Source: a virus (Duplodnaviria > Caudoviricetes). From it: 35,439 nt of DNA. The stretch lies in the IMG/VR virus record IMGVR_UViG_3300027806_000094, positions 1-35,439 of that record. One strand, written 5' to 3'. Below the pieces are notes generated by a model. The model worked only from the letters and a program-made list of their open reading frames with translations. It was not told where the DNA came from and did not search any database. The position numbers and the translations under genes are program-made. Below are positions 32,591 through 35,439 of this stretch, piece after piece; positions within the stretch are counted from its first letter, which is position 1, and every line of letters starts with the position of its first letter.

Positions 32591-33349
32591 ATGGCAGAAC
32601 GAAAAATCAACCTTCGACCGTTTGAGTGTGCCGAGACAGTCCCGGCCTATTCAATCGTTGCCATTGCCAGCACAGACACGAAAGCCGGCGGGCGGCGGAT
32701 TGTTTACACCGTGGAGAAGGCGACATCCACTTCAACGACGTTCGGTGCCACAAGCCGGTTCGACGGGCAAAAGGGGGCAATCAATGTCAGCGAGGACATG
32801 CTTGTCCGGTACACGGGCACGCTCGCCGTCGGAGACCGGGTTCGGCCGAAGACTGGCGACTGGGTTGTCGAGAAGAACTCCGCGGGTAATTTTGTCGTCG
32901 TTGGACTGGTTGAGCGTGACACGCTGCAGCTGGCCTCTATCCGGCTCGACCCAATCAAGGGCGGTCTGCGATTGATAAAAGCCCCGTCTGGCGGGATTCC
33001 CGGCCGCGTCGGCTCTTTGATGGGAGGGGCTATCTGTGATATCGTGACGTTCAACGCAAACGGACAACTGACTGTTAGCTCGGATGCAATTAAGGTATTC
33101 AACTGGGCCTCTTCGGCTGTTTGCGTTAATGGCGACAGGTATGGGATTGCTGGCTGGGTGAATTCGGCTTGGCTAATTGTCGCAGAGGATTGCAACGACG
33201 GCGGCTCGACACTTCCTCCGGTCAGCGGCGGTCGAACGACACCTCCTGCCGGCGATGCGATTACAACAACCATTAGCCCGATTACAACAACCATTGCATT
33301 CCGCGAGGTTCGGTATTCTGGTGCTGGTGCTGGCTCTGGGTTTGGATAA
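32591..33349 (+). CDS. putative tail structural protein
   Basis: Operon position and Gly/Thr-rich composition. Confidence 0.5.
   Translation: MAERKINLRPFECAETVPAYSIVAIASTDTKAGGRRIVYTVEKATSTSTTFGATSRFDGQKGAINVSEDMLVRYTGTLAVGDRVRPKTGDWVVEKNSAGNFVVVGLVERDTLQLASIRLDPIKGGLRLIKAPSGGIPGRVGSLMGGAICDIVTFNANGQLTVSSDAIKVFNWASSAVCVNGDRYGIAGWVNSAWLIVAEDCNDGGSTLPPVSGGRTTPPAGDAITTTISPITTTIAFREVRYSGAGAGSGFG
33258..33295 (+). repeat. 17-bp direct repeat with 21-nt period
   Basis: CGATTACAACAACCATT at 33258 and 33279 (ITTTI-SP-ITTTI). Confidence 0.8.
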
Positions 33350-33375
33350 GGTTTATTAGTGAACAGGCGTACACT

Positions 33376-33801
33376 ATGGCTACAGTAACGAAATTCTACA
33401 GCTTCGTGGAGGCTGTGCACGAGAAGGTCCACAACCTCGGCTCTGACACGTTGAAAATCATCCTGACAACCGACGCTCCAAGTCTTAGCTGGACCCAGCT
33501 TTCAAGCGTCACCGGCCAGTTGTCTACAGCAAACGGATACACTCAGAACAGCAAGACGCTAACCATATCAAGTTCCGGGCAGTCTTCTGGGCTTTATACG
33601 CTCATGGTTAGCCCTGACCCAAGCTGGACGGCATCGGGCGGGTCTATAGGTCCGTTCAGATATGGTATCGTTTATAATGATTCGGCAACCAACGATGAGC
33701 TGATATGCTTTGTGGATTGGGGCTACCTCGTGACCGTAGCTAGTGGACAAACGTTCACTGTAGACTTTGACCAAGTGTCCGGATTCTTATACGCAACGTA
33801 A
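33376..33801 (+). CDS. virion structural / tail fibre-associated protein
   Basis: KVHNLGSDTLKIILT...NGY...WTASGGSIGPFRY...YND pattern, common in phage tail modules. Confidence 0.7.
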   Translation: MATVTKFYSFVEAVHEKVHNLGSDTLKIILTTDAPSLSWTQLSSVTGQLSTANGYTQNSKTLTISSSGQSSGLYTLMVSPDPSWTASGGSIGPFRYGIVYNDSATNDELICFVDWGYLVTVASGQTFTVDFDQVSGFLYAT

Positions 33802-33810
33802 TGGTGAATT

Positions 33811-34809
33811 GTGGTTGGAATGCTTGGTTGCGGATGTTGCGACGGAGGTGGAGGTGGAGGCGGCGGCGGGGATGACGACCCGACGCACGACCCGCTTTGC
33901 GGATGCTTCGCAAACGAAAACGCACCCGTGCTGTTTGCTGACAAGACCGATGACATGGACGCACCCGACGCTTCGGCGTGGAGGTTTATCGTTCCCCCGG
34001 GCGGATTCCCTCCCGGCTGGAGCGGTGAGTATTACGTCGCCAATTCGCGACGATTCACGCACACGAGCATTCCGTATAATCGCAACACCCCATCGCCGTA
34101 CATTCCGAATGACGGTGCGTTGAGGTATGTGACGAATCTCGATATTGGCAAGCCTCATCCGCAAGTGCTGCAGTATTTCTCGCTCGACTTTACTGAGTGG
34201 GATTTTTCTTTTAAGCATACGTTTGACTTAGATTTATCGGTTTGCCCTGACTGGTTTTTTAGTGTACAGCTATTACGGCCAGTCGATTGTTTTAAGTGGT
34301 ATCGCGATGGGTGGCTGTTTCCGGGTGGCCCGCCAACTGGTGGCCGGCACTTTCAAGGTTTTGAGCTGACGATTCGAGACACGGCACCTCGCTCTACGTT
34401 TTGGGGACCATGCGGCCCGTGGAAGGGCGTTCTCGATTTTGGGATATTCGGACAGCACCCGAATCAGGTTCGCACAGAGATAGGCTCAGGGACCCATACA
34501 ATTGAATATGTATGGAGATTGGCCTCTCAGCCGATTTATCCTGCGACGTATCCGATTATTCAGGACATTATTGTCGATGGCGTCACACTTCAATCGCTCG
34601 AGACGGCCTACACCCCGAGCTGGGTTACATCTGGTTGTGCAGGAAAGCCGACGCCTTGGCTTAGGTTTTGCTTTGCTTGTGAAGAGTTCGGTGACTTGGC
34701 TGGTCCGGCTTTCCCAAACGGACTCTATTTAATGGGAGACAATTGGGTTGGCCCACCGAGAGACTTGATTAAATTCGATGAATGGACAATGCTGGCAAAC
34801 CAACGATGA
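33811..34809 (+). CDS. hypothetical protein with a GCGCC/poly-Gly N-terminus, possible receptor-binding protein
   Basis: Cys cluster, Gly9 linker and a Trp/Pro-rich body. Confidence 0.55.
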   Translation: MVGMLGCGCCDGGGGGGGGGDDDPTHDPLCGCFANENAPVLFADKTDDMDAPDASAWRFIVPPGGFPPGWSGEYYVANSRRFTHTSIPYNRNTPSPYIPNDGALRYVTNLDIGKPHPQVLQYFSLDFTEWDFSFKHTFDLDLSVCPDWFFSVQLLRPVDCFKWYRDGWLFPGGPPTGGRHFQGFELTIRDTAPRSTFWGPCGPWKGVLDFGIFGQHPNQVRTEIGSGTHTIEYVWRLASQPIYPATYPIIQDIIVDGVTLQSLETAYTPSWVTSGCAGKPTPWLRFCFACEEFGDLAGPAFPNGLYLMGDNWVGPPRDLIKFDEWTMLANQR

Positions 34810-35033
34810 TACCTTGCATTCACCGCGGAAAAGTCTTTCGTGAAGTACGCAACACGTTCTGCGGATTCAAGCAGAATTTTGAAAAAATCTTTCGTTGCCG
34901 CTTGTATGTTCTTTGCTGCGAGCGAAAATACCAGTACGGTCAGGCGGAACGTTGCTGCCTGACGTGCGACGATTACGAGGGAGTTAAGAATGAAGAAAAC
35001 GGGACTCAGCCTGTTGATGGCTGCGGCGGCTGA
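34806..35033 (+). CDS. small Cys-rich protein
   Basis: ATGA overlap at 34806. Reads MIPCIHRG...C...C...CC...CCLTC. Confidence 0.55.
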   Translation: MIPCIHRGKVFREVRNTFCGFKQNFEKIFRCRLYVLCCERKYQYGQAERCCLTCDDYEGVKNEENGTQPVDGCGG

Positions 35034-35316
35034 CAGCGGCCGGCGTTATTCAAGTTGGGATGACAAGCTTTCGAGCGAGCAAAGGAAAGAGCTCGCTGAA
35101 TTCAGGGAGGAGTATTTTAAGATGGCGGAGCATGACCGCCCATCCGTTCGGGCTGTCCGGGACGTTGTCTGTTCTCACTTTGGAATCAATGTCTGCAAAG
35201 AGAGTATTCGCTCATGGCTTCACGACTCCTCAATGACGCAATCGAACAAGAGACAGAAGCAGTCGAGCGAATTGGCCGTGCGAGCCGTGCCCAAGTCGCG
35301 TCGCTCAAAAAGCTGA
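34990..35316 (+). CDS. hypothetical protein, possibly helical DNA-binding
   Basis: GGAG RBS, PSVRAV...SIRSWL helical segment. Confidence 0.5.
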   Translation: MKKTGLSLLMAAAADSGRRYSSWDDKLSSEQRKELAEFREEYFKMAEHDRPSVRAVRDVVCSHFGINVCKESIRSWLHDSSMTQSNKRQKQSSELAVRAVPKSRRSKS

Positions 35317-35439
35317 TTGAGCGGCAGTCTGAAGAGATAGACCGGCTCAACCGGGAAGTCGACCTGAAGGCATTGCTCGAGGGAGTGAATGTCGACCACG
35401 GGCCACTTCACGTCAGCAAGTCGCGAACGAACGCGGCTA
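35214..35439 (+). CDS. partial CDS running off the window end, coiled-coil N-terminus
   Basis: Open from ATG 35214: MASRLLNDAIEQETEAVER...LKKLIERQSEEIDRLNREVDLK. Confidence 0.45.
   Translation, partial: MASRLLNDAIEQETEAVERIGRASRAQVASLKKLIERQSEEIDRLNREVDLKALLEGVNVDHGPLHVSKSRTNAA

Noticed and set aside
33258-33295. 17-bp direct repeat as a regulatory or att site
   Set aside because: It is an in-frame 21-nt-period duplication within a low-complexity protein tail.

Overview
This window holds the late/morphogenesis region of a tailed dsDNA phage or prophage. All credible genes are on the + strand and most are translationally coupled. It has an HK97-type head and a non-contractile tail with no sheath gene. 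Gene order: partial tRNA-like element, small accessory genes, two PD-(D/E)xK nucleases, large terminase, portal, an ~10 kb cargo block, MuF, prohead protease/scaffold, major capsid, decoration and neck proteins, tail tube, tail chaperone with a -1 frameshift, tape measure, and tail tip/fibre genes. The standout is 5205-17497. The portal is fused into a 1776-aa polyprotein, and this and the next large ORFs are built from unrelated enzyme-like modules: HhH glycosylase-like, zeta-toxin-like kinase, DraT-like ADP-ribosyltransferase, DUF3626-like, and unknown domains. Five modules begin with the same 31-aa Gly/His/Cys tag (KGGPGSGNxGHCGGxxxxxxPGGSxxAxECG), preceded by a short Lys-bounded segment. 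I infer a modular system of capsid-loaded, protease-processed effectors with small candidate immunity genes. All family calls come from motif recognition by eye, not from database searches.
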